A stretch of DNA of 64,000 nucleotides from Deferribacterales bacterium (GTDB taxonomy: Bacteria > Chrysiogenota > Deferribacteres > Deferribacterales > Geovibrionaceae), in assembly GCA_050251945.1 (NCBI GenBank), contig JBFWLW010000001.1, forward strand, positions 128,001-192,000, written 5' to 3'. Of the stretch, positions 20,981-30,121 are shown piece by piece. Under the pieces are notes generated by a model that worked only from the letters and a program-made list of their open reading frames with translations, made no database searches and was not told the origin of the DNA. A program made the translations under genes and the position numbers. Position 1 is the stretch's first letter. Each line of letters starts with the position of its first letter.

Positions 20981-20982
20981 GC

Positions 20983-22164
20983 ATGATATATCTCGATAAT
21001 GTTGCAGGAACCAAACCTGATGCCAGAGTGGTTGAAAAAATGCTTCCGTTTTACACAGAACATTACGGAAACCCCTCTGCTCATTTCTATCCCATCGGAC
21101 GGGAAGCTTTCGAGGCTATGGAAGCGGCAAGAGGAGAGGTTGCCTCTTTTATAAATGCGAAAGCGGAGGAGATTGTTTTCACCTCATGCGGAACAGAATC
21201 GAACAACCTTGCCATCAAAGGGTTTCTTAAGAACTCCAAGAATAGCGGCAAGCATATCATCATAAGCGAGATAGAGCATTTTTCGGTGGACTCCACTGTG
21301 ACTAAGCTCATGAACGACGGTTATGAGATAACAAAGCTCAGGGTTGACGATTCGGGTCTTGTTAATCCCGACGACCTGAAAAAAGCCATGAGAAAGGATA
21401 CTGCGCTGGTTTCAATTCAGCACACCAATCCGGAGATCGGCACGATGCAGTATACCGATAAACTCGGTGCTGTATGCCGCGAAGCAGGTATTACGTTCCA
21501 TGTGGACGCCGTTGCTGCGGCCGGTTTTTCAGAACTTGATGTTAAGGCGCTCAACTGTGACATGCTCTCCATAGCTTCACAGAACTTTTACGGTCCCAAG
21601 GGAGCTGGGGCGCTTTATATCCGCGACGGCGTTAAAGTCAGCGGTCTTATGGACGGCGGACATCAGGAACGCGGTTACAGAAGCGGAACAGAAAACGTTC
21701 CTGCCATCGTTGGCATGGGCGAAGCGGCACGTATCGCAAAAGCAGAAATGGGTGTTTGGGTTCCCGAACTTGTAAGACTCCAGAAACAGCTCTGGGACGG
21801 ACTGGGCGGAATGTTCGATTTCCTGCATTTTACAGGAAACAAGGACAGACGCAGACCCGGACACGTCAGCTTCTGGATTGAGTACATCGAAGGCGAATCA
21901 CTGCTTATGTGGCTGTCTCTGAAAGGGTTTGCATGTGCAAGCGGTTCCGCCTGTTCATCAAACATCCTTGCGGAAGATGAGGAAGACCTCGCGGCTTCAT
22001 ACGTTCTGACAGCGGTCGGTGTTCCCAGTGACATCTGTGCGGGTTCGCTCGGTATGTCTATGTCAAAATACAACACACAAGACGACATTGATAACGTTCT
22101 GAAAGTAATGCCCGAAACGGTGCAGAGACTTTGCGAAATGTCGCCCATGTATAACAGAAAATAG
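20983..22164 (+). CDS. iscS: IscS/NifS-family protein lacking the canonical PLP lysine
   Basis: YLDN, YGNPS, FTSCGTESNN, EH, RSGTEN, SGSACSS; SQNFYGPKG replaces the usual SGHKxYGPKG. Confidence 0.85.
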   Translation: MIYLDNVAGTKPDARVVEKMLPFYTEHYGNPSAHFYPIGREAFEAMEAARGEVASFINAKAEEIVFTSCGTESNNLAIKGFLKNSKNSGKHIIISEIEHFSVDSTVTKLMNDGYEITKLRVDDSGLVNPDDLKKAMRKDTALVSIQHTNPEIGTMQYTDKLGAVCREAGITFHVDAVAAAGFSELDVKALNCDMLSIASQNFYGPKGAGALYIRDGVKVSGLMDGGHQERGYRSGTENVPAIVGMGEAARIAKAEMGVWVPELVRLQKQLWDGLGGMFDFLHFTGNKDRRRPGHVSFWIEYIEGESLLMWLSLKGFACASGSACSSNILAEDEEDLAASYVLTAVGVPSDICAGSLGMSMSKYNTQDDIDNVLKVMPETVQRLCEMSPMYNRK

Positions 22165-22190
22165 AGCTTCTTAAAAATAGGAGGAGAACA

Positions 22191-22625
22191 ATGGCAAAAG
22201 GACCTTACAGCGATAAAGTTATGGATCATTTCATGAATCCCAGAAATATGGGAGAAATTTCGGACGCAAACGGCATCGGCGAAGTGGGAAACCCCGCTTG
22301 CGGCGACGTCATGAAAATATTCCTCAAGATTAACGACGATCAGATATGTGAAGACGTAAAGTTCAAAACATTCGGATGCGGCGCTGCAATTGCTTCCAGC
22401 TCAATGGCTACCGAACTTATGATAGGCAAAAGAGTTGACGAACTTCTCGCCCTGACAAATCAGGCGATCGTAGATGCTCTTGACGGACTGCCCCCTGCTA
22501 AGATACACTGTTCTGTAATGGCTGAAGAAGCTATTGAGGAAGCTCTCAAAAACTATTTCCAATCCAAAGGACAGGATCCGGCGATAGTTGATGAGATGAA
22601 AGCTAAAATTAAAAAAGAGAATTAA
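22191..22625 (+). CDS. iscU: Fe-S scaffold IscU/NifU-N
   Basis: YSDKVMDHF, GNPACGD, FGCGAAIAS, KIHCS. Confidence 0.93.
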   Translation: MAKGPYSDKVMDHFMNPRNMGEISDANGIGEVGNPACGDVMKIFLKINDDQICEDVKFKTFGCGAAIASSSMATELMIGKRVDELLALTNQAIVDALDGLPPAKIHCSVMAEEAIEEALKNYFQSKGQDPAIVDEMKAKIKKEN

Positions 22626-22640
22626 TACGGAGGATACACG

Positions 22641-22868
22641 ATGAGCCTTAGAGAAAAAGTTGAAGAAGTTCTGGATCAGGTTAGACCCACTCTTCAGGCT
22701 GACGGCGGAGACATCACTCTCCTTGACGTTTCCGAAGACGGCGTTGTTAAAGTACAGCTCACCGGAGCTTGCGGTTCCTGCCCCTTCAGCACTATGACAC
22801 TGAAACACGGTGTCGAGGCAAGACTGAAAGATATGATTCCTGAAGTCAAAGAAGTACTTTCCATATAA
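22641..22868 (+). CDS. Nfu/NifU C-terminal domain Fe-S carrier
   Basis: [18 protein letters not shown]. Confidence 0.9.
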   Translation: MSLREKVEEVLDQVRPTLQADGGDITLLDVSEDGVVKVQLTGACGSCPFSTMTLKHGVEARLKDMIPEVKEVLSI

Positions 22869-22874
22869 CAGAAA

Positions 22875-23054
22875 AGGCGACCATGAGGTCGCCTCAGGTT
22901 GTTGACAAACTACAGATTCATACAAAACCATTAGACTGCTTCGGGCTAAAGCCCTCGCAGAGACAGGTTTTTCTTTCCGTCTTTGCGAGAGAAGCGACGC
23001 AATCTAATCTTTTCTCCTCTTTGTCATCAGTCTGAGGCGACCATGAGGTCGCCT
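22875..23054. mobile_element. 140-bp MITE-like element (22895-23034) flanked by a 20-bp duplicated terminator hairpin
   Basis: AGGCGACCATGAGGTCGCCT at 22875-22894 and 23035-23054; terminal inverted repeats CAGGTTGTTGACAAA / TTTGTCATCAGTCTG (12/15); internal pair of palindromic units. Confidence 0.8.
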
Positions 23055-23081
23055 TTCTTTTTACCAATTTTCAAAATAATA

Positions 23082-23501
23082 TTAAAGCTTGTGCAGCAGA
23101 GCCTTAAGGATATCACCGAGTGATATAAGCCCTACAAGTTTTCCTTCCGCGTCAACCACAGGAAGTCTGTGGCGGAACTTCTCAAGAACTATCGTTGCCG
23201 CCTCTTCAACTGTCGCGTCTGCGCCTATTGTTACTGCCGGCATATGCATAACACGTTTAATAGGCTCGGCGGTAAGTTCCCTGACGTCAACAAGAGGTAT
23301 GTACTGAGCCTCATTAAGAATGTCAGGCAGAGCCTTGGCTATGTCGGCTTCGCTGAATGTGCCGAGCACCTTATTGTTCTTGTCCACCACCGGCAGACCG
23401 GAAATGTTTTTCTTCCTGATGCGGAGGATAACCTCTTTAATGGTTTCGTCCGGACCGGCTGTGACCACGTTTGTGGCCATAATATCACGAATTTTCATCA
23501 T
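23082..23501 (-). CDS. CBS-pair protein
   Basis: IRDIM, ISGLPVVD, RLPVVD.EGKLVGLISLGDIL. Confidence 0.9.
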   Translation of the reverse strand: MMKIRDIMATNVVTAGPDETIKEVILRIRKKNISGLPVVDKNNKVLGTFSEADIAKALPDILNEAQYIPLVDVRELTAEPIKRVMHMPAVTIGADATVEEAATIVLEKFRHRLPVVDAEGKLVGLISLGDILKALLHKL

Positions 23502-23511
23502 AACTCCTGCG

Positions 23512-25413
23512 TTACATCTGCATGGCGATTTCTTTCAGTATGTCACGCAGTATCACCCCGTCCGGAGACTTAGGAATCATCCGCGTGAATCTGATATCGC
23601 CCGGCATAGCAATTTCGCCAATTTCGTTCAGTATTGTTTCTTTGATTTCCCTGATAATCTGGTCGTTGTAACTTTCGTCTTTCTTATCCTTCAGTACGCA
23701 GAATGCGATAAGCTTTTCGCCTCTTTTCTCGTCAACAATGTTGATGATGGCACATTCTTTAACTTTGGGATATTTTTTGACCGCATCTTCGATCTCCATC
23801 AGGCTCATTCTCTTCCCTCCGATGTGGAATACATCATCAAGACGACCTGTGAGGATCATATTAAAATTATCATCATATTGCCCGCCGTCACCCGTACTGA
23901 AATATGGTTTCGACTGAGCGTCCTTTTTCCAATATAGTTTTTCAAATAAACCCGTCTGCCCGAAGACAGACCGCGCCAGAGGAGCGAAAGGGGCATTCAA
24001 TACTATTTCACCTTGAGTATTGCTTATATCTATAACATGTTTTGAAGTTTTGTCCAGTAAAACCGCAGGCACACACGGTAAATGTTTACCTACGGTACCG
24101 TACTCTATGTCGTTATATCCTGCTATTGAAGCGAAAATTGCGCCTCCCGCCTCTGTCATGGAATAGATGTCAAATATAACTGCCCGATTGGAACAGAGTT
24201 TTACGGACACCCACTCTAAAAGTTCTTCGCGCATCTTTTCGCCTCCGGTTGCCACCATTTCAAGGGCAGGAAGGTTGCGGAAAATACTTTTTTTCTGGCT
24301 TGCGTTCATAAGCGACTGCAATGCAGATGGGGTAGTGTATAGTTTGTTAACGCTGTATTTACTGCATATGTCAAAAAAACCGTTAGCGTTGTCGATACTT
24401 ATAGTGTCTTCGCAGACAAGTACCGTCTGACCCGCCATTAGCGGTCCGTATACCTGATACGAATGTCCGGTTATCCACGAAATATCTGCCGTACACCAGT
24501 AAGTGTCGGTATCTTTTTTATCGAACAGCATGAGATATGAGAGATACGCCCAGAGCATGTATCCGCCGTAGGAATAGGTGAGGGCTTTCGGTTCACCCAT
24601 TGCTGTGGAGGTATAGAGCATGAACATGGTGTCTTCCGCGTTAACAGGCTCAAGTTTAAGTTCTGACGCGTCGCAGTGTACCTCGTCGGAGATAAGGTCG
24701 TGATACCAGAGATCCCGCAAGGGCTTCATATGTACCCGCTTACCTGTTCTTGTCACCACAATGCAGTATTTAGGGTTGTGACTGCTCTTTGTCAGGGCAT
24801 TATCCAGCTTTTCCTTCATGTTGAAGTGTCCGCCTGTCACAGATTCATCGGATGTAACGATGATCGCCGGTTTGCAGTCGTTGATTCTGTCCGCCAGAGA
24901 TTCTGCGGAATAGCTCGCGTGGTACAGCACATGCACCGCGCCGATGCTTGAGCAGGCGAGCATAAAAACGATAAGTTCAGGCATGTTCGGCATATGGAGA
25001 AGCACTCTGTCGCCACGTTTTATACCGAGCTTCATTAGTGCTGCCGAGCATTTTATCACTTCGGAATAGAGGGACTGATATGTGTAAACGCTCTGGGTGC
25101 CGTCACTGCCGACCCAGATTATTGCGGCTTTATTCTTCGCGTGGGTTTTCAGGTGTTTTATAAGAATATTTTTTATGGGACACAGCTTTCCGCCTTTGAA
25201 AAAGGTGTACCCGCCAGCGAGATCCGTTGTTACCGTGTTTTTGAATTTCTCTTCCCAAATAAGAAAGCGGGTACCGAGATATTCGTACATTTCGTCGCTA
25301 TCCGTAAACGACTCAATGCGCTTGAGTTCATGCAGGGATATCTCAGACCTGTCAAAATGCGCAAAATTGGCTTTAAGTTTTTCTATGTGCTTGCTCATAT
25401 TAAGCTCCACCAA
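23512..25413 (-). CDS. Acetyl-CoA synthetase-like protein with degenerate catalytic motifs
   Basis: Acs architecture (FFKGGKL, GDRV, YWCTADISWITGHSY.VYGPL, TGDG, GRLDD) but YTSTAMGEPKA and PKSPDGVILR. Confidence 0.8.
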   Translation of the reverse strand: MVELNMSKHIEKLKANFAHFDRSEISLHELKRIESFTDSDEMYEYLGTRFLIWEEKFKNTVTTDLAGGYTFFKGGKLCPIKNILIKHLKTHAKNKAAIIWVGSDGTQSVYTYQSLYSEVIKCSAALMKLGIKRGDRVLLHMPNMPELIVFMLACSSIGAVHVLYHASYSAESLADRINDCKPAIIVTSDESVTGGHFNMKEKLDNALTKSSHNPKYCIVVTRTGKRVHMKPLRDLWYHDLISDEVHCDASELKLEPVNAEDTMFMLYTSTAMGEPKALTYSYGGYMLWAYLSYLMLFDKKDTDTYWCTADISWITGHSYQVYGPLMAGQTVLVCEDTISIDNANGFFDICSKYSVNKLYTTPSALQSLMNASQKKSIFRNLPALEMVATGGEKMREELLEWVSVKLCSNRAVIFDIYSMTEAGGAIFASIAGYNDIEYGTVGKHLPCVPAVLLDKTSKHVIDISNTQGEIVLNAPFAPLARSVFGQTGLFEKLYWKKDAQSKPYFSTGDGGQYDDNFNMILTGRLDDVFHIGGKRMSLMEIEDAVKKYPKVKECAIINIVDEKRGEKLIAFCVLKDKKDESYNDQIIREIKETILNEIGEIAMPGDIRFTRMIPKSPDGVILRDILKEIAMQM

Positions 25414-25509
25414 GATGTTCTTAATATAACATTATTTCGGATAGCACTCATAAAAGCAAATATATTTTTCATTTTTACGAACATACTCTTATAATAGCAC
25501 AGGCGTGTG

Positions 25510-25539
25510 AAAAAAGAAGGCAGACTTTAAAGTCTGCCT
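25510..25539 (-). terminator. Intrinsic terminator
   Basis: AGGCAGACTT-TA-AAGTCTGCCT with adjacent A-tract (U-tract on minus strand). Confidence 0.7.
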
Positions 25540-25548
25540 GAAAGATTT

Positions 25549-26019
25549 TTATTGCAGATACAATGTTATGTCGCCAGTTATAGGCTCCACGTCGACATGA
25601 CCTATTGGCGTGTCGCGGTTCAGAAAGCCGTCTTCCTGAACAGGGGTGAAGGAATATTCAAGTTTCATTGAATCTAAATCACCTTTCGGCAGCACTATTG
25701 AAAATTCTTTGGCGCTCCTGTTTTTCAGGTTGCCGAGATTTTTGTATGTATAGCTTCCTAACTTCTTAAGCTGTGATTCGTCGAACTGAACACTCAGATT
25801 GCGCATGAACAGGTTTCCGGTGTTTTTGATGCTCATCATGAGGATCCGACCTTCCTGAGCATCTTTTATTTCATAATATACGGTGAGGTAGTCGTCTTTT
25901 GCTGAATTATCATACCTCTCAGCAAGTTCTCTTGCGGGCTGGTATTGAAGGGATGATACGTCCATGCATCCGCTCATAAAGAACAGCGATACTGCCAAAA
26001 CCAAAAAATATTTTTTCAT
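25549..26019 (-). CDS. Hypothetical lipoprotein
   Basis: MKKYFLVLAVSLFFMSGC lipobox; AAGGAG RBS. Confidence 0.75.
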   Translation of the reverse strand: MKKYFLVLAVSLFFMSGCMDVSSLQYQPARELAERYDNSAKDDYLTVYYEIKDAQEGRILMMSIKNTGNLFMRNLSVQFDESQLKKLGSYTYKNLGNLKNRSAKEFSIVLPKGDLDSMKLEYSFTPVQEDGFLNRDTPIGHVDVEPITGDITLYLQ

Positions 26020-26032
26020 TACAGGCTCCTTA

Positions 26033-26446
26033 TCAGCCGGGTCGGTTGATGTAATCCTCGTGCGGATCTCTGTCGTCATCGTCGTCAGCAGGTTTAGGTG
26101 CTGCGGCGGAAGGAAGCTCAGTATATTCGGGTGCTGCCTGTGCGGGCTGAGCAGCGGTTGTCGGCTCTGTCTCTTTGTCAACATATGCAGTTTCCGACAG
26201 TTCACATTCCTTCTTCGCAATTCTCTTATCCATTTCAAGGATGTAAGAATAGTCAGGTTCAAAGGTTTCAGCCTTAAGCTCGCCGTTTTGTATCATCTGC
26301 AAAACCTTATTGCCGATGACCTTAACACGCTCGTCACGTTTCTTTTTCAGGTTTGTGATGTCGATCTTGATACTTCCCGTCTTTGCGAGTTTCTGAATCT
26401 CCTCGACACCTTTTTCAAAAGTCTCTTTCAGCCAGCTACCGGGCAT
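26033..26446 (-). CDS. Hypothetical coiled-coil protein with acidic tail
   Basis: AAAGGGG RBS, in operon after ubiX. Confidence 0.7.
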   Translation of the reverse strand: MPGSWLKETFEKGVEEIQKLAKTGSIKIDITNLKKKRDERVKVIGNKVLQMIQNGELKAETFEPDYSYILEMDKRIAKKECELSETAYVDKETEPTTAAQPAQAAPEYTELPSAAAPKPADDDDDRDPHEDYINRPG

Positions 26447-26457
26447 GATATCCCCCT

Positions 26458-27048
26458 TTACACGCTTTCGGGCTTTTCGCCCCATCTGTTATATAAGTTA
26501 TGCTCTATTTCTATTATATCAAATATTTTTCCGGTTACGAAAGAGATAAGTTCATCAATTTTCGTCGGATTGTGATAAAAAGCAGGCGCGGCGGGTAAAA
26601 TTACCGCTCCGGCACGGGTGAGAAGCGTCAGGTTCTCAAGATGAATCAGATTCAGAGGCATTTCACGGAACAGAATAACGAGTTTTCTGCGTTCTTTCAT
26701 AGCAACGTCGGCACATCTTTCGATAAGATTTGAGCTGACGCCGCCTGCCGCTCTGCCGACAAATCCCATTGATGCCGGTGCCACAATATATGAATCTACT
26801 TTGAAAGAACCGCTTGAAACAGGGGCGGCAAAGTTTCTGCAGTCGTGTAAAGTTGCATCCGCACTTATATCCGATAAAAACTCTTCTGCGGACTGATAGT
26901 TTTTCTGAAGTTCAAGATTGATATTTATGATTGCATCGGAGGTGATGCAAAGGTGCAGTTCGCATCCGTGCAGTGGCAGTTTTTCTATGAGGTCTTTTGC
27001 GTAAACAGCTCCGCTTGCTCCCGTAACTCCCAGAAAAACACGTTTCAT
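26458..27048 (-). CDS. ubiX: Flavin prenyltransferase
   Basis: GVTGASG, SSGSF, APASM, RCADVAMKERR, REMP, PAFY. Confidence 0.92.
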   Translation of the reverse strand: MKRVFLGVTGASGAVYAKDLIEKLPLHGCELHLCITSDAIININLELQKNYQSAEEFLSDISADATLHDCRNFAAPVSSGSFKVDSYIVAPASMGFVGRAAGGVSSNLIERCADVAMKERRKLVILFREMPLNLIHLENLTLLTRAGAVILPAAPAFYHNPTKIDELISFVTGKIFDIIEIEHNLYNRWGEKPESV

Positions 27049-27905
27049 ATCATCCTCTTTACCATTGTGTCTGCAAATGTGAATATGCATATGGTAACGC
27101 TAATGTATGCGTTAAGGTTAAAGAACGCCATACCGAGTTTTGAAAGGTCGGAAGGTTTTATTATCGCATGCTGGTATACCATAAATCCGCCGGAGAGGAG
27201 AATTCCGGAGAGATAGATATAGCCCATGTCAAAATAGTGCCATGTGTAGAAGAAGAGGGCGAACGCGACAATGTGGAACACCCTTGCCAGCATGAGGGAT
27301 TTTGCAAGTCCCAGAAAACGCGGGATGCTGAACAGTCCCTCATTTCTGTCAAATTCGATGTCCTGACATGCGTAAACAATATCAAAGCCGGATACCCAGA
27401 AGAGTACGGCAAGACCGAGCATACTGATGCCGGGGTTTATGTTGCCGGTTACAGCCGCCCACGCGCCGATAGGCGCTATTCCAAGCGCAATGCCCAGAAC
27501 TATATGACATAAGAATGTGAATCGTTTTGTGTATGAATATAGAAGGAAAACGATGAACGGAACGGGAGATAGATAGAAACAGAGCGGGTTGAGCATATAT
27601 GCCGCGAAGAAGTAGAGTGCGAACGACAGCACGACGTAGAGTGATGCTTCGGCAACGGAAATTTTTCCGGCGGGTATGTCGCGTTTCTCCGTTCTGGGGT
27701 TGCGTGCGTCTATTTTTGCGTCGGCTATGCGGTTGAATCCCATGGCACCGCTTCTTGCCCCCAGAACAGCAAGGGCAATAAGTGCAACCGTACGCATGTC
27801 CGGCAGTCCGTTCGCCGCCAGAAACATGCCTGTGAAGGCAAAGGGCAGGGCGAAAAGTGTGTGTTCAACCTTTATCATGCTTAAAAATGTTTTTAACTTT
27901 TCCAC
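27045..27905 (-). CDS. UbiA-family prenyltransferase (MqnP-like)
   Basis: EHTLFALPFA, NRIADAKIDARNPRT, YSYTKR, FDIVYACQD. Confidence 0.88.
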   Translation of the reverse strand: MEKLKTFLSMIKVEHTLFALPFAFTGMFLAANGLPDMRTVALIALAVLGARSGAMGFNRIADAKIDARNPRTEKRDIPAGKISVAEASLYVVLSFALYFFAAYMLNPLCFYLSPVPFIVFLLYSYTKRFTFLCHIVLGIALGIAPIGAWAAVTGNINPGISMLGLAVLFWVSGFDIVYACQDIEFDRNEGLFSIPRFLGLAKSLMLARVFHIVAFALFFYTWHYFDMGYIYLSGILLSGGFMVYQHAIIKPSDLSKLGMAFFNLNAYISVTICIFTFADTMVKRMI

Positions 27906-27924
27906 GGGTTCACCATAAAATATC

Positions 27925-27982
27925 AGATTGCTTCGGGCATTGCTCTCGCAAAGACGTCTCTGCGAGCGGAGAGAAGCAGTCT
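27925..27982. repeat. Inverted pair of REP-like palindromic units
   Basis: AGATTGCTTC...TCGCAAAGAC|GTCTCTGCGA...GAAGCAGTCT. Confidence 0.8.
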
Positions 27983-27988
27983 AAGTGT

Positions 27989-28936
27989 TTAAGATAGTAT
28001 TACATCCAGTATCGCCGCTGCGAAATCATCACTGTCGTTGAGGCTTTCCGTGCGGACGATATTCAGTCCGCTCTTTTTATATTCGGGGATATACTGTTCG
28101 TCAAGTTCTATAAGCGTTTCAATATGGTCTGAAACGAATGATATCGGCACAACGATAACGTTGTCAATGCCTTCATCAGCAAGCCTTTTAAGCTCTATGT
28201 CGGTGTAGGGTGAAACCCATTTAACGGGTCCTGTGCGACTCTGGAACGCCAGCCCGTGAGATTTGGGATTGGTTTTTGAAACCAGATACGCCGCCTGTTC
28301 GTTAATGTGGTGAGTGTATTCGTCACCTTTTTTCACAGTGTATTCCGGAAGCGAGTGAGCCGAGAAAAGTATATGACACTCGGACAGCGGCTTACCCAGC
28401 TTTTCGGAGGCTTTAAAAATTCTGTCGATGATGCACTGATTGTACTTTTCGTTCATGTGCCAGAACTTTTTAATGACCATATTTCCGCGTGGCTTAGGAA
28501 GCGGATTAAACCTGTCGAAACAGGCGCCCGTGGTGGTGTATGAATACTGCGGATACATAGTTGTCACGTAGATATTTTCAAACTCTCTGCCCTCAAGCTC
28601 TTTGAGTGAGTCTTTGATATACGGATGGTAATAGCACATTCCGATTGAGCTTGAGAGTTCTCTGCCAGTGATGCGCTGATATTCGGGTTTTATTTTTTCA
28701 AGAAGCTTCTTTAAATGAGGAAGCTGGGGGGATTGCCCGCCCAGCTTCATATATTCGGGAGCTACCTTTACGGAGCGTTTTTTCGCGATTTTTTTGGCTA
28801 TGAAATTCTGTAAAAGCCCGCCCACATGGAAATCTATGATGGTGCGGTCGGAGAAGAGGTTGAAGAGGAACTCCTCTATTCCCTCAATGCTGTCCGGTCC
28901 GCCCATATACATTATGTAGAGCAGGTCTTTTTTCAT
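27989..28936 (-). CDS. hemH: Ferrochelatase
   Basis: MGGP, GGQSP, YPQYS, FSAHSLP, FQSR.GP..W, SFVSDHIETLIELD. Confidence 0.93.
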   Translation of the reverse strand: MKKDLLYIMYMGGPDSIEGIEEFLFNLFSDRTIIDFHVGGLLQNFIAKKIAKKRSVKVAPEYMKLGGQSPQLPHLKKLLEKIKPEYQRITGRELSSSIGMCYYHPYIKDSLKELEGREFENIYVTTMYPQYSYTTTGACFDRFNPLPKPRGNMVIKKFWHMNEKYNQCIIDRIFKASEKLGKPLSECHILFSAHSLPEYTVKKGDEYTHHINEQAAYLVSKTNPKSHGLAFQSRTGPVKWVSPYTDIELKRLADEGIDNVIVVPISFVSDHIETLIELDEQYIPEYKKSGLNIVRTESLNDSDDFAAAILDVILS

Positions 28937-29946
28937 GCCAGTCCTTTAACTATTTTGACAAGGTAGTCAACGTTTTCAACCGGAGTGGGCGGCAGTATGC
29001 CGTGACCAAGGTTGAATATGTGACCTTTCAGTGTTCTGCCTTCTTCAAGTATCTTTTCCGCCTGTTCTTTGATAGCTTCTTTAGAGCCGAACAGAAGCAC
29101 CGGATCGAAATTACCCTGAAGAACGTATTTGCCGTTTCCGAGTTTTGCGTCGGCATCGACAAGCCTTGTTTTCCAGTCAACGCCCATGCCTGCGCAGTTC
29201 AGTTTTCCGATGGTATCGTAGAAGCTGTACGCGTCTTTTGCAAAATAGATGAGCGGAGCGCCTTTGATGTTGTCGGCGATATGCTTAACGTATGGGAATA
29301 CGAATTTTTCATAGTCATAGGGAGAAAGCACGCCTGCCCATGTGTCAAACATCTGAACGACGTGTGCGCCTGCATCAACCTGTGCCTGAAGATATTTAAG
29401 GGTTGAAGATGCCAGTTTTTCCATCAGGACAGCATAGGCTTTGGGTTCTGTATGCATCATTATTTTGATGTGCTCAAAGTTTTTGGAACCTTTGCCCTCG
29501 ACCATGTAACATGCAAGGGTGAAGGGTGCGCCTGAGAAACCGATAAGCGGTACGTCGAGCGCTTTAACGAGCATTTTAACCGTTTCAAGAACGAAAGGAA
29601 CGTCCTTAGCGGGGTCAATCTCGCGAAGTTTATCTGCATCCGCAAGTGTGCGGATCGGGTTTGCAATTACGGGTGCGGGGTCGAAATCCAGCTTGATACC
29701 CATGGGTTCAACCGGAATCAGGATGTCTGAAAAAAGAATGGCATTGTCGAACCCGAAAGCACGTATAGGCTGTAAAGTGACCTCTGTGCAGAGTTCGGGG
29801 GATTTGCAGAGTTCAAGGAAGGTAACTTTGCTGCGTATTTCCCTGTACTCTTTCATGTATCGTCCTGCCTGACGCATGAACCATACGGGCGGTCTGTCCG
29901 TTTTTTCACCGTTGAGTGTTCTGAGTAATAAATCGTTGAAAGCCAT
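28933..29946 (-). CDS. hemE: Uroporphyrinogen decarboxylase
   Basis: PVWFMRQAGRY, FSDIL, GFSGAPFTLA.Y, FNLGHG. Confidence 0.96.
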   Translation of the reverse strand: MAFNDLLLRTLNGEKTDRPPVWFMRQAGRYMKEYREIRSKVTFLELCKSPELCTEVTLQPIRAFGFDNAILFSDILIPVEPMGIKLDFDPAPVIANPIRTLADADKLREIDPAKDVPFVLETVKMLVKALDVPLIGFSGAPFTLACYMVEGKGSKNFEHIKIMMHTEPKAYAVLMEKLASSTLKYLQAQVDAGAHVVQMFDTWAGVLSPYDYEKFVFPYVKHIADNIKGAPLIYFAKDAYSFYDTIGKLNCAGMGVDWKTRLVDADAKLGNGKYVLQGNFDPVLLFGSKEAIKEQAEKILEEGRTLKGHIFNLGHGILPPTPVENVDYLVKIVKGLA

Positions 29947-30121
29947 GTTTTGCTCCGAATTTAAGATTATATATTGATTCCTTAATTCCCGTTCACTGTC
30001 AAGTTCTTTTACATATTTAACCTGTAAAAAGCAAAAGATTCCTATAAATTTAGTATGTTATTCTTGCGTAATCTCACATGCTTTGATATTATCATCTTCC
30101 TAAATCTTCATATAGAGGGAT

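Noticed and set aside
20857..20982. N-terminal extensions given by the ORF track (iscS, lysS, sfsA, SLT, ubiX, 25549-26262)
   Set aside because: They overlap neighbouring genes or promoters; downstream ATGs match family N-termini or have better RBSs.
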